The notes below the pieces were generated by a model that was given only the letters and a program-made list of their open reading frames with translations, did no database searches and was not told the origin of the DNA. DNA of 64,000 nucleotides, taken from Anaerolineae bacterium (lineage in GTDB: Bacteria > Chloroflexota > Anaerolineae > DRVO01). Location: positions 1,093,526 to 1,157,525 of the forward strand of contig JAXGMM010000001.1 of the NCBI GenBank assembly GCA_040768685.1, written 5' to 3'. A program made the position numbers and the translations under genes. This document shows, piece by piece, positions 55,641 to 64,000 of this stretch. Each line of letters opens with the position of its first letter. The first letter of the stretch is position 1.

Positions 55641-56552
55641 CTATCCCGCGCTTAGGGCAGCGTCGCGGGCGCGGTGGGCGCGGAGGAAGTAGTCCTCCCT
55701 CTGCTCCAGACCGAACTCGGCCAGGAGGTCATCCACGCCGATGCCGTCCATCTCCGATGCCACCGTGTACATCGCCTCGCGCGTGTAATACTGGAAGCTG
55801 ACCCCACTGCCGTACTTCGCCAGCATGGCGTCCATCTTGACCCAGTTGTAGTCCATGTGAAGCAGGCGGCGGTCAAGGTTGATGCGGGCGGTGCATACGG
55901 CTTCGTAGGTTGCCTCGGCCAGGACGGCGCCGCCCATGTCCACGATCTGACCCAACTCGCGGGTGATGGCGGACACGAAGTAGCGGCCCAGTTCGAGGGC
56001 CCAAGCGCGCAGTTGCAGACCGCCGCGGTACATGGAGCTGAAGAAGATGACCTCCGCTCCTGCTCGCGACAGGCCCTCGATGATGGGGCGGAAGTTCAAG
56101 TCGAAGCAGATGGCCATGCCGATGCGCCCGAAGTCGGTATCGAAGACGGGGACTTCCGCGCCGGGCACGATACCGCTGTCGATCTCGCCGATGGTGGGGA
56201 ACATCTTGTGGTAGACGCCGGCGATCTCTCCGTGACGATCCAGAAGCACCGACGAGTTGTAGAGCCGGTCGCCACGCCGCTCCACTAGAGGCCAGATCAG
56301 GTAGGTGCCGTTTCGCCGCGCCACCTTGGCCATGTGCGTCGTGGTCTCGCCCGGAAGGGTCTCCGCCACCTCGGGCCAGCGCTCCGACGGAACGTCCAGG
56401 TGGGGATAGATCTCCGGGAAGGCGATGATGTCGGCCCCCATTCTGGCTGCCCGCGTGGCCAGGGCCTCGGCCCGCTCCAGGCGGGCGGCCATGTTCTCAA
56501 AAGGAGCCTCGGGACGGTGAGAGACGCTGCCTACGGTAACGTACCGGGCCAT
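55641..56552 (-). CDS. Carbon-nitrogen hydrolase (nitrilase superfamily)
   Basis: The ATG at 56552 follows GGAGG. The translation shows IIAFPE (Glu), the Lys region, and GMAICFD (Cys). Confidence 0.8.
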   Translation of the reverse strand: MARYVTVGSVSHRPEAPFENMAARLERAEALATRAARMGADIIAFPEIYPHLDVPSERWPEVAETLPGETTTHMAKVARRNGTYLIWPLVERRGDRLYNSSVLLDRHGEIAGVYHKMFPTIGEIDSGIVPGAEVPVFDTDFGRIGMAICFDLNFRPIIEGLSRAGAEVIFFSSMYRGGLQLRAWALELGRYFVSAITRELGQIVDMGGAVLAEATYEAVCTARINLDRRLLHMDYNWVKMDAMLAKYGSGVSFQYYTREAMYTVASEMDGIGVDDLLAEFGLEQREDYFLRAHRARDAALSAG

Positions 56553-56619
56553 GCCGACCTCCATGCGTGTCCAGACTGGCGAGAGCCGATGCCGATTCTG
56601 GATTGCCGGCAGACGACGG

Positions 56620-57936
56620 TCAAGCCTGGGCGGAAAGCACAGCCGGGCGAGAGCGGGCGGGAAGGTTAGGCGCCACGCATACCGCCTCGTCCGGGCGTTG
56701 CCCTTCCTCGACGACACAGAAAGGGATGCGGTGTGAGGCCAAGAGCGAGCGAACGTCGGCCCTTGGCTTCTCGTCCACGAAGGTCGAGCGGTCGACCACA
56801 ACCGCCACGATCCTGATCCCGTGGAGGGCGAGGGCGTGCGCCGCAGCAACCCACTCCGAGCGGTCCGAAGGGGTCACGGCGATCACCGTGTCGCAGCGTC
56901 GGAAGAGGTGAGCCTCGCGCTCAAGGACACGATCCAGGGGGACGCGCCCATCGGCCGAGATGACGGCGAGGAGGTCGAGCATCCGGCTAAGCTGGCGGCC
57001 GCCGCGATCGGCCTGGATGAGGAGGCGGCGTTTACTATGCCCGACCATGCCGACGGCGCGGTCGGCAGTGAGGAAGTGGTCGGCGACGGAGGCTGCTAGG
57101 CTCACTACGTACTCTTCTGTGGACGGCTCCAGTTCAGGCCACTGGGTGACGTCGACGCCGGCTAGATCGCTCAGCAGCGGCAGGCGGGAGCCGGCCTGCA
57201 CCGCGCCGTGCAGGTCGATCATGATCCAGATGTCGCCACCCGGGTCCTCCTCGAACTCCTTGGAGATCAGGCGTCCCAGGCGCGCCGTCGAGGGCCAGTG
57301 GATGCGGGCGAACTCATCGCCCGTCTGGTACTCCCGGACGGTGGACACGTCGGTGGTGGGATCGGCGGAGCGCTGGTAGCGGCGGCCACCACCTGTGAAC
57401 ACGCCGGTCAACTGATAGAGTGCCGGCACGGCGAAGACTCGGGGATAGATGACCACGCTGTCACCGTGGGCAAGCCGGCGGCGGGCGCGGAAGATGCCGA
57501 AAGGGTCGCCACCGGTAAGAAGTGACGGCCCGAGCCGGAAGCGGCCCCGTCGGAGTGCCGGAGTGCGGACAAGGAACTGGCGCACAGAGCGTGGGGCGAG
57601 ATAGCTGAGGACCCGGCGGATGCAGTGCAACGGCAATTCGGACTCGTCGTCGAGCACGACCCAAAGCTGCGGAAGGAGAGAGCGGTTGTAGACATACACC
57701 CGCTCTAGAACCTGGTCGCCCACGTGAGCGGCAGCAGTGAGCGACTCCCTCCTGATGGTGAGGGACCATACAGCGCCACCGCTCCAGAATAGCCCCAGCA
57801 CGATCAGCAGGCTGAAGAGGTACAGAAGCCGGTACGCGACCACCCAACCGGAGTTGAGGGCTACCGCGAGCGCGGCCCCCCAGATCAGGAAGGGGAGGGC
57901 ATTGCGCAGCTCCAGCAAACGGTCACGTGACGGCAC
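56620..57936 (-). CDS. DUF58 (vWA-like, MoxR-associated) membrane protein
   Basis: Two N-terminal TM segments and a DUF58 core (..VREYQTGDEFARIHW..). The GTG start overlaps the upstream stop by 14 nt. Confidence 0.8.
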   Translation of the reverse strand: MPSRDRLLELRNALPFLIWGAALAVALNSGWVVAYRLLYLFSLLIVLGLFWSGGAVWSLTIRRESLTAAAHVGDQVLERVYVYNRSLLPQLWVVLDDESELPLHCIRRVLSYLAPRSVRQFLVRTPALRRGRFRLGPSLLTGGDPFGIFRARRRLAHGDSVVIYPRVFAVPALYQLTGVFTGGGRRYQRSADPTTDVSTVREYQTGDEFARIHWPSTARLGRLISKEFEEDPGGDIWIMIDLHGAVQAGSRLPLLSDLAGVDVTQWPELEPSTEEYVVSLAASVADHFLTADRAVGMVGHSKRRLLIQADRGGRQLSRMLDLLAVISADGRVPLDRVLEREAHLFRRCDTVIAVTPSDRSEWVAAAHALALHGIRIVAVVVDRSTFVDEKPRADVRSLLASHRIPFCVVEEGQRPDEAVCVAPNLPARSRPAVLSAQA

Positions 57937-59662
57937 GCCTGATCTCCGCGGTCATCCGGGAGAGCACGGTGCGGACCGCCCCCGGCCAGCGGATCTTCAG
58001 CAGTCCCATGGGCAGGTTCAGCTCGCGCTTGTCGCATACCGTAGAGACGTTGGCGGTGTCCACTTGGGGCTTCAACGCGGCCAAGAGGAGCTGCCGGCGA
58101 CGCTCGTCCTCTATGGACATCACATCGTCAATCTGATCCATGAGGCGACGGGCGCGAACGATGCGCTCCTCCACCGCGTCTGCGTTGGCGGAACTGAGCA
58201 GCCCGAACCGCTGCTTGATGCGGTTTAGGCGGAGGCCGGCTTCATAGGTAGCGTCGACGATCTCGTCGCGAGACATCCAGCGCGTCTCGTAGTTGAGAAC
58301 GTACTTCCACGAGGGGCTCAGAAGTGCCTGTCGGTGCTCCTCGACCGTCCGGTGGAACAGCCGATACCCGTACCGCTCCGGGTCCTCGAAGGCGGGGCTG
58401 CCGGGGTCAAGGAAGGGCGCAAGCGGCGACAGGAATGGGAGCACCCTCGGCTTGCCGTCCACCGAGAAACGCTCCAGCAGATGCTCGCAGTAGGCCACCG
58501 TCTCCATGACGGACTGGTAGGTCTGCTCGGGCAGGCCGATCATGAAGAAGACGTCGAACCGAGCGCAGCCCAGATCGAGAGCGTCGGCGATCGACTGCTC
58601 GGCCGCGGCCGCGGAGTAGTCCCGCCCGAAGGCGTGTCGAACCCGGTCGTCATGGGACTCCATGGAGATCTCGACGGTGAAGTCTGGAGCCACGCGGGCC
58701 AGTTTCTCGTAGAACGAGCGGGGGGCGGGCTCGAACAACTCGACCATCAGGCGGGACTGGGCCTTGCCGAGGGCCTGGAAGAAGGCGCCGGCATAGTCGT
58801 CGCCCGCCTGGCGGAGGTCGCCAAGCACGAAGACCGGTCCGTGGCTGAACTCCGCGATTCGGTGGACATCCTTGGCCAAGTCGACCGGATCGCGGAAGGC
58901 GGCGCGCGTGCGGCCGTAGAACCGGCGGGAGGTGAACGCCGAACCGCCGCAGGTATTGCAGGTGTTCAGGCACCCCTTACACGTCAGCGCGGTAGTGATG
59001 GGGTAGTCCATCCAACCAAGGAAGGGGATGACGCCCATCAAGTCGCGATACCGCACAACGGAGTGCATGACGTAGCCGTAGTCGATGGCGAAGGCGCCCA
59101 GGTCCTCGGGCACGTAGGAGAGGGGGTTGACGTGACTTCCGGCGGCGTCTTTCCAGGTGAGGTTGGGAATGTCGTGGAGCAGGCCGCCATTCCCTAGTTC
59201 CCGCATCAGTTGCAGGAGGGGCTCCTCGGTGGAGTCGCCGCGGAGGATGTAGTCGATCTCCGGCCGCTCGATGAGTTCCTCGTGGTAGTACGTCGACGAA
59301 AAGCCACCCAACAGCACCGGTATGTCGGGATGGATCTGTTTGCAGAGCTGGGCAACGGCCAGGGCGCCCTGGGCGTGGGGCAGCCAGTGCAGGTCTATTC
59401 CGAAGACGCGCGGGCGCACGCCGGCGATCTCCTTCGCGGGGTCGAAGCCGGTGCTGCGCAGCATGCGGTGGGCAAGGTTGATGATGCGGACCCGGTAGTC
59501 GTGCTTCTCCAGGTAGGAGGCCATGCTGGTGAAGCCCACCGGGTACATCTCGAAGATGGGCATGGAGGGGACCACATCGCTGATGGGCCCGTAGAGTATG
59601 GACTCGCGGCGGAAGTCGAACACGCTCGGAGCGTGCAGAAGCACAAGGTCGGGCTGTCTCAT
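57923..59662 (-). CDS. Cobalamin-binding-domain radical SAM protein (class B)
   Basis: An N-terminal B12-binding-like Rossmann region, the cluster motif CLNTCNTC (CxxxCxxC), and a long C-terminal extension. The ATG is at 59662. Confidence 0.72.
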   Translation of the reverse strand: MRQPDLVLLHAPSVFDFRRESILYGPISDVVPSMPIFEMYPVGFTSMASYLEKHDYRVRIINLAHRMLRSTGFDPAKEIAGVRPRVFGIDLHWLPHAQGALAVAQLCKQIHPDIPVLLGGFSSTYYHEELIERPEIDYILRGDSTEEPLLQLMRELGNGGLLHDIPNLTWKDAAGSHVNPLSYVPEDLGAFAIDYGYVMHSVVRYRDLMGVIPFLGWMDYPITTALTCKGCLNTCNTCGGSAFTSRRFYGRTRAAFRDPVDLAKDVHRIAEFSHGPVFVLGDLRQAGDDYAGAFFQALGKAQSRLMVELFEPAPRSFYEKLARVAPDFTVEISMESHDDRVRHAFGRDYSAAAAEQSIADALDLGCARFDVFFMIGLPEQTYQSVMETVAYCEHLLERFSVDGKPRVLPFLSPLAPFLDPGSPAFEDPERYGYRLFHRTVEEHRQALLSPSWKYVLNYETRWMSRDEIVDATYEAGLRLNRIKQRFGLLSSANADAVEERIVRARRLMDQIDDVMSIEDERRRQLLLAALKPQVDTANVSTVCDKRELNLPMGLLKIRWPGAVRTVLSRMTAEIRRAVT

Positions 59663-59687
59663 AGGTTGGCTGTCTCTGGAGCTGAGC

Positions 59688-60665
59688 TTAGGCCGGTCGG
59701 CGGCCGGAGCGCACGCGAGCGCCCGGTACCGGGACCGTGTCCAGGAGTTCGTTGATGACGGCGGCCGCATCCACGTTTTTGATGCGCGCCGAGGGGCTCA
59801 CGATAAGACGGTGCGCCAGGGCGGGCAGGGCGAGCGCCTTGATGTCGTCCGGGATGACGTAGTCCCGGCCGTCGAGGGAGGCACGCGCTTGGCCGCCGCG
59901 GTGGAGAGCGAGGGACCCGCGCGGGCTCGCCCCAAGGTAGATGTCCGGATGGTTACGGGTGGCGTTGACGAGGGCGACCACGTACTCCTTGATCAGGTCA
60001 TCAACGTAGATCTCGCGGATGGCTGCCTGCGCCTGCTGAAGCTCGTCGACCTCGACTACCCGATCGAGCGAGTCGATGGGGTGACGGCGCTGCTGCGAGT
60101 CGAGGATGGAAACCTCGTCGCGGGCGGAGGGGTAGCCGAGGCGGATGCGGAGGAGAAAGCGGTCGAGCTGGGCCTCCGGCAGCGGGAAGGTGCCCTCGTA
60201 CTCGATCGGGTTCTGAGTAGCAAGCACGAGGAACGGCTGCAGCATAGGATGGGTGACGCCGTCCACGGTGACCTGGCGCTCTTCCATGGCCTCCAGCAGC
60301 GCCGACTGAGTCTTCGGCGTAGCGCGGTTTATCTCGTCGGTAAGCAGGATCTGGGTCATTACCGGGCCCGGCCGGAACTCGAACTCCTGCGTCTTCTGAT
60401 TGTACACCGACACGCCCGTGATGTCGCTGGGCAACATGTCGGGGGTGAACTGGATGCGACGGAAGGTGCAGCCGATGGAGCGGGCCAGCGCCTTCGCCAA
60501 CATCGTCTTCCCCACACCGGGGACGTCCTCAATGAGGACGTGACCTTGACATAAGAGCGCCACAATGCACAGGCGCACCTCGGCGCTCTTGCCGATGATG
60601 ACCTGCTCGACGTTGTCTACGACGCGCTGACCTATTCCCCTAACATCAACCATTGTGTTGACCAT
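59688..60665 (-). CDS. MoxR-family AAA+ ATPase
   Basis: [14 protein letters not shown] (Walker A), LLTDEINRA (Walker B), and the MoxR C-terminal lid. Confidence 0.9.
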   Translation of the reverse strand: MVNTMVDVRGIGQRVVDNVEQVIIGKSAEVRLCIVALLCQGHVLIEDVPGVGKTMLAKALARSIGCTFRRIQFTPDMLPSDITGVSVYNQKTQEFEFRPGPVMTQILLTDEINRATPKTQSALLEAMEERQVTVDGVTHPMLQPFLVLATQNPIEYEGTFPLPEAQLDRFLLRIRLGYPSARDEVSILDSQQRRHPIDSLDRVVEVDELQQAQAAIREIYVDDLIKEYVVALVNATRNHPDIYLGASPRGSLALHRGGQARASLDGRDYVIPDDIKALALPALAHRLIVSPSARIKNVDAAAVINELLDTVPVPGARVRSGRRPA

Positions 60666-60759
60666 CCCCTGCCAGGGCGGCTACCTAGCTTACAGCGAAT
60701 GCAAATTGTAGCAGCCAGCCGAACCGTTCACAACGAGCGTACTGTCGACCGGCTGCCGG

Positions 60760-62481
60760 TCACACGCGGCGGAACTCACGCTCAAGAAGCCCGGCGCTCA
60801 AGTAGAGCATGGTAGGGCGTCCATGTGGACAAGTGCGTGGGCTGGAGGTCGCCTCGAGGTCGCGCAGCAGCCGCTGCATCTCCGGATACTCCAGGCGCTG
60901 CCCGGCGCGCACGGCGGCATGACAGACCAGGCGCACCAGGCTGTGCTCCAGCCACCGCTCGCGACCGGAGTGGGCCAGGGTATCGATGACGTCGAGGAGG
61001 GCCGCCTCCACGGGCGACCCCGACTCAGCGAGGATGGCCGGTATGGCGCGCACGAGCACCGCGCCGGGCCCGAAGGGCTCCACTACGAAACCCATTTCGA
61101 GCAGCTGGGGCAGGATGCCCTCCAGCCGGGAGGCTCGGTCGGGGCCGAGTTCGACGGGCAAGGGGGAGAGAAGCGACTGACTCACCTCAGCGCCGTCCTG
61201 CTGCCGGGCCAGATACTGCTCGTAGAGGATGCGTTCGTGCGCCGCGTGCTGATCCACCAGGTACACCCCGTCGGGCCCTTCAGCGACGATGTAGGTGAGC
61301 TGGATCTGGCCTACAGGGCGCAAGGGCGGCAGCGAGTGTAGCGACGCTGCCGGTGGGTCCTGGCCCTGATCGTCCGGAGGCGCGGGCCAACCGCGCTGAT
61401 CGACGCCTGTGGGCACCAGCCGGAGCAGGGCTTGGCGGCTCTCCGTGTCTGCATCGGGCGGGAGGGGCAGCCCGATCGAGGGGATGAGATCCGGCTGGAC
61501 CACGGCAGAACGCAGGGCGCGGAGCGAGACCTGGAAGACGCGGTCCGGATCGGCGAAGCGGACCTCGGCCTTGGCGGGGTGCACATTGACGTCCACCTGC
61601 CTGGACTCGATCTCCAGTAGGAGTACCGCCACGGGATAGCGCCGGCTGGGGATGAGGTCGCGGTAGGCCTCCATCACGGCCCGTGTCAGCATGCGGTCCT
61701 GCACCAGGCGTCCGTTGACGAAGGTGTCCAGGAAGCGGGAGGTGGAGCGATGGAGGGCGGGCGGCCCGGCATAGCCGTGGACGCGGAGTTCGGCCTGCTC
61801 CTGCTCGAACGGCACCAGGCTGTCACCGATCTCGGGTCCATGCACTCGCCGGATGGCATCCAAGAGGCCTCCGCCCAGCGTGCGCAGCGTGTCGCGTCCA
61901 TCGACCGTGAGGGAGAAGGAGACATCCGGGTGGGCGATGGCGTAGCGCGACACCACCGAGACCACTTGCTGCGTCTCGGTCAGTGGTCGTCGCAGGAACC
62001 TGCGCCGGGCCGGCACGTTGGCGAACAGGTCGCGCACGGTTACCGTGGTGCCGGCGCCGCGCGGCTCCATCCGGCGGGCATGGACGGAGGAATGCTGCAC
62101 CCGCACGAGCGAACCCGCCGGCTCGTCGCCGTAGCGGGTGGCCACGGTGACGTCGGCGACGGCGGAGATACTGGCCAGTGCCTCGCCCCGGAAGCCCAAG
62201 GTTGCCAGATGATCGAGATCGTCGAATGCGACCAGTTTGCTGGTGGCGTGACGCAAGAACGCAACCTCGATCTCGGCCGCGGGGATGCCGCAGCCGTCGT
62301 CCGACACCGAGATCTCGGAAAGCCCGCCTCCGGCCACGGCGACGTCGATACGGCCCGCCCCCGAGTCGAGGGAGTTCTCGACCAATTCCTTAACGACCGA
62401 GGCCGGCCGCTCGATGACTTCGCCGGCGGCTATCTTCTCAACTACCTGCGGATCAAGCACACAAATAGGCATGGGACGCAT
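60760..62481 (-). CDS. mutL: DNA mismatch repair protein MutL. An alternative start at the ATG at 62472 is possible.
   Basis: IAAGEVIERPASVVKELVENSLDSGA, DDGCGI, GFRGEAL, and a C-terminal dimerisation domain. Confidence 0.9.
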   Translation of the reverse strand: MRPMPICVLDPQVVEKIAAGEVIERPASVVKELVENSLDSGAGRIDVAVAGGGLSEISVSDDGCGIPAAEIEVAFLRHATSKLVAFDDLDHLATLGFRGEALASISAVADVTVATRYGDEPAGSLVRVQHSSVHARRMEPRGAGTTVTVRDLFANVPARRRFLRRPLTETQQVVSVVSRYAIAHPDVSFSLTVDGRDTLRTLGGGLLDAIRRVHGPEIGDSLVPFEQEQAELRVHGYAGPPALHRSTSRFLDTFVNGRLVQDRMLTRAVMEAYRDLIPSRRYPVAVLLLEIESRQVDVNVHPAKAEVRFADPDRVFQVSLRALRSAVVQPDLIPSIGLPLPPDADTESRQALLRLVPTGVDQRGWPAPPDDQGQDPPAASLHSLPPLRPVGQIQLTYIVAEGPDGVYLVDQHAAHERILYEQYLARQQDGAEVSQSLLSPLPVELGPDRASRLEGILPQLLEMGFVVEPFGPGAVLVRAIPAILAESGSPVEAALLDVIDTLAHSGRERWLEHSLVRLVCHAAVRAGQRLEYPEMQRLLRDLEATSSPRTCPHGRPTMLYLSAGLLEREFRRV

Positions 62482-62589
62482 TATAGCGTAGGGTGGCGCT
62501 TAGGGCAGAGACGCCGGCGCGCTCCGGCACACGGGTTAGTTCGTGGGCAGGCGCTTAGACTCGCCGTGTTCGGATGGCGCTACGCCTGT

Positions 62590-62618
62590 TTGTCACTCGA
62601 TGACGACGATGCTATAAT
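62590..62618 (+). promoter_or_regulatory. Near-consensus promoter for the unlisted downstream ORF
   Basis: TTGTCA (62590-62595), a 17-nt spacer, then TATAAT (62613-62618). Confidence 0.55.
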
Positions 62619-62657
62619 ATGCTGTTGGCTGCCGATCATGCTGCTGGAGGATTGTGC

Positions 62658-64000
62658 GTGCAGGTGCGTCGCACCCAGGATCCGGAGTACTGGAACGACT
62701 ACCGCCCCGATGAGGCGGATGTAGAGGCTTTGAGGGACCTGATTGTGGAGGCGGGGGCGCCGCTTTCGCTGGAGGAGCTTTCTCGGGCAGTTGTCTTCCG
62801 CAGAGTGCACAGCGAGCGTGAGCGGTACCGCCGCCTCCTGGAGCAGGGCCGGTTCTACCGGCCTGCGGACGCCTACGAACTCGGAGAGGAGCTTGTCTTC
62901 CCTGCCTTCGACCTGGCAACTGGGGTGGTGACCGCTAAGCGGGACGCCTGTTGGCCGGGTCATTCGCCCTTCCGGGTGATCGCGGTGGAGATCGGTGGGC
63001 AAACGCGCGAGTTCGCCTCGGAGTACCAGGAGGAGCATGTCCTCAACCAAGCCGTCCGGGGCACGGGCGCTGCCGGGGAGGCCATGGCTCCCGAGGACGT
63101 GTTCGCGGCCAATCGCGCGACGGTGATGAGCACGCTGACGTCTGCTCTCTTGGAGCGCGAGTCGGAGTTCGCGCGATTCGGTGATAAGTGGCTGACCCGC
63201 GCGGTCATGCCCGAGGTCCATGTCGGTCACCTGAACCTGGCCGAGGCCGTCATCGAGGTGTCTTGGGAGCAGGGGCAGGCCGGAACGGGAGTCCAGGCTC
63301 CGCTCACCGCCGCTGAGATCATCAAGCAGATCGAGCTGAAGGGCGCCACCCCCGAGGTGCTGGAGTTCTCCCTCGACCTGGCTCTGAGCGGAGACGATCG
63401 GTTCATTGATGTGGGCAGCGAAGGGGAGCGACTCTGGCTTCTGCGCCGTCTTGTACCTCCTCAGGTACTGGAGACGCCGGAGCGGCTTCAGTATCAGCCG
63501 GTCTCCTTCAGCATGGAGGCCATCCCGACCGACTCTCTGGACCTCATCTGGGCCGTACCGGACGAGCGCAGCGCCGTGGGCGTGGGCGGGCCGGGGGTCG
63601 ACGCTCCCCTGGCCAAGGCCGAGGTAGCGGTCCCGTATGCGCACTGGCGCGCGGGCACTCTGCCGGTGGCAGGGGCGGTGGCGGCTGTGCTTCCCAAGCG
63701 TCAGGACGGCGTGAGCGTGATAACTCTGCTCGATCCTGTCAACGAGGAGCGCATCACCGCTTGGGTGGCGCACTCAGCAGGTTACGTTCTCGGGCTCGGC
63801 CCGTGGTACGAGGCACACGATGTTCCCTCCGGCGGCTACGTCTCGTTGGAGCGGACGAAGCGCGCCGGGGTGTATGCTATTGGCTACCGGGGGAAGCGGC
63901 GGACTCAGCGCGAGTACGTGCGGGTGGCGGTGGCGACCGACTCTCATCTCGAGTTCGAGATGCGTCGGCAGCCCATGTCAGTGGAGTTCGACGAGACGAT
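62658..64000 (+). CDS. Hypothetical protein, 3'-open at the window edge (447+ codons). It is absent from the supplied ORF track because no stop is reached.
   Basis: I translated it codon by codon from GTG 62658, 7 nt after GGAGG at 62646-62650, and found no stop to position 64000. Third positions are GC-rich like the neighbouring genes. The opposite-strand ORF 62580-63773 looks like a shadow ORF. Confidence 0.6.
   Translation, partial: MQVRRTQDPEYWNDYRPDEADVEALRDLIVEAGAPLSLEELSRAVVFRRVHSERERYRRLLEQGRFYRPADAYELGEELVFPAFDLATGVVTAKRDACWPGHSPFRVIAVEIGGQTREFASEYQEEHVLNQAVRGTGAAGEAMAPEDVFAANRATVMSTLTSALLERESEFARFGDKWLTRAVMPEVHVGHLNLAEAVIEVSWEQGQAGTGVQAPLTAAEIIKQIELKGATPEVLEFSLDLALSGDDRFIDVGSEGERLWLLRRLVPPQVLETPERLQYQPVSFSMEAIPTDSLDLIWAVPDERSAVGVGGPGVDAPLAKAEVAVPYAHWRAGTLPVAGAVAAVLPKRQDGVSVITLLDPVNEERITAWVAHSAGYVLGLGPWYEAHDVPSGGYVSLERTKRAGVYAIGYRGKRRTQREYVRVAVATDSHLEFEMRRQPMSVEFDET

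Overview
GC-rich bacterial chromosomal segment. T-box use, Tat-lipoprotein solute-binding proteins and gene content suggest Chloroflexota or Actinomycetota, but the taxon cannot be fixed from the sequence alone. It is mostly core and metabolic genes, about 55 credible CDSs, and I found no rRNA, tRNA, CRISPR, transposase or integrase. Gene content, left to right:
- dnaE (5' truncated), a YbaK-type deacylase, and a minus-strand serA / class-V aminotransferase / trpB2 string behind a tryptophan T-box leader.
- A secreted PD40-propeller/Calx-beta protein.
- An amidohydrolase / UroD-like / family-5 SBP / MerR block.
- A DUF1537 acid-sugar kinase cluster.
- rodZ-like, endonuclease-IV-like, ferritin-like, DUF554, cupin, FGGY kinase, PHP, formyltransferase, glyoxylate reductase, nth, Gfo/Idh/MocA and HtrA genes.
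- A nucleotidyltransferase / isomerase / deoB / methyltransferase group.
- An RmlC-cupin / crotonase / CoA-transferase / SDR group.
- LysM, DUF4332 and recD2 genes.
- A molybdenum-cofactor operon (MOSC, moaC, moaA, moeA x2, mogA/moaB) behind a candidate Moco riboswitch, divergent from an HTH-PBP regulator and tupBCA.
- A nitrilase-family gene, a moxR / B12-radical-SAM / DUF58 operon, mutL, and a 3'-open unknown ORF that is absent from the supplied ORF track.

The most unusual signals are:
- A previously unnamed structured, terminal-inverted-repeat (MITE-like) element. Four copies lie at 8150-8778, 10941-11166 and 16152-16473, and three of them bracket the secreted propeller gene.
- A Trp T-box that may control a trpB2 module able to make its own phosphoserine.
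- A stop-free in-frame MerR-HTH / Tat-lipoprotein SBP junction.
- A cobalamin radical-SAM gene translationally coupled inside a MoxR-DUF58 operon.
- Moco-riboswitch and tungstate-transporter loci placed back to back.

All calls come from reading the sequence and translations by eye. RNA element boundaries are approximate, and no database search was run.
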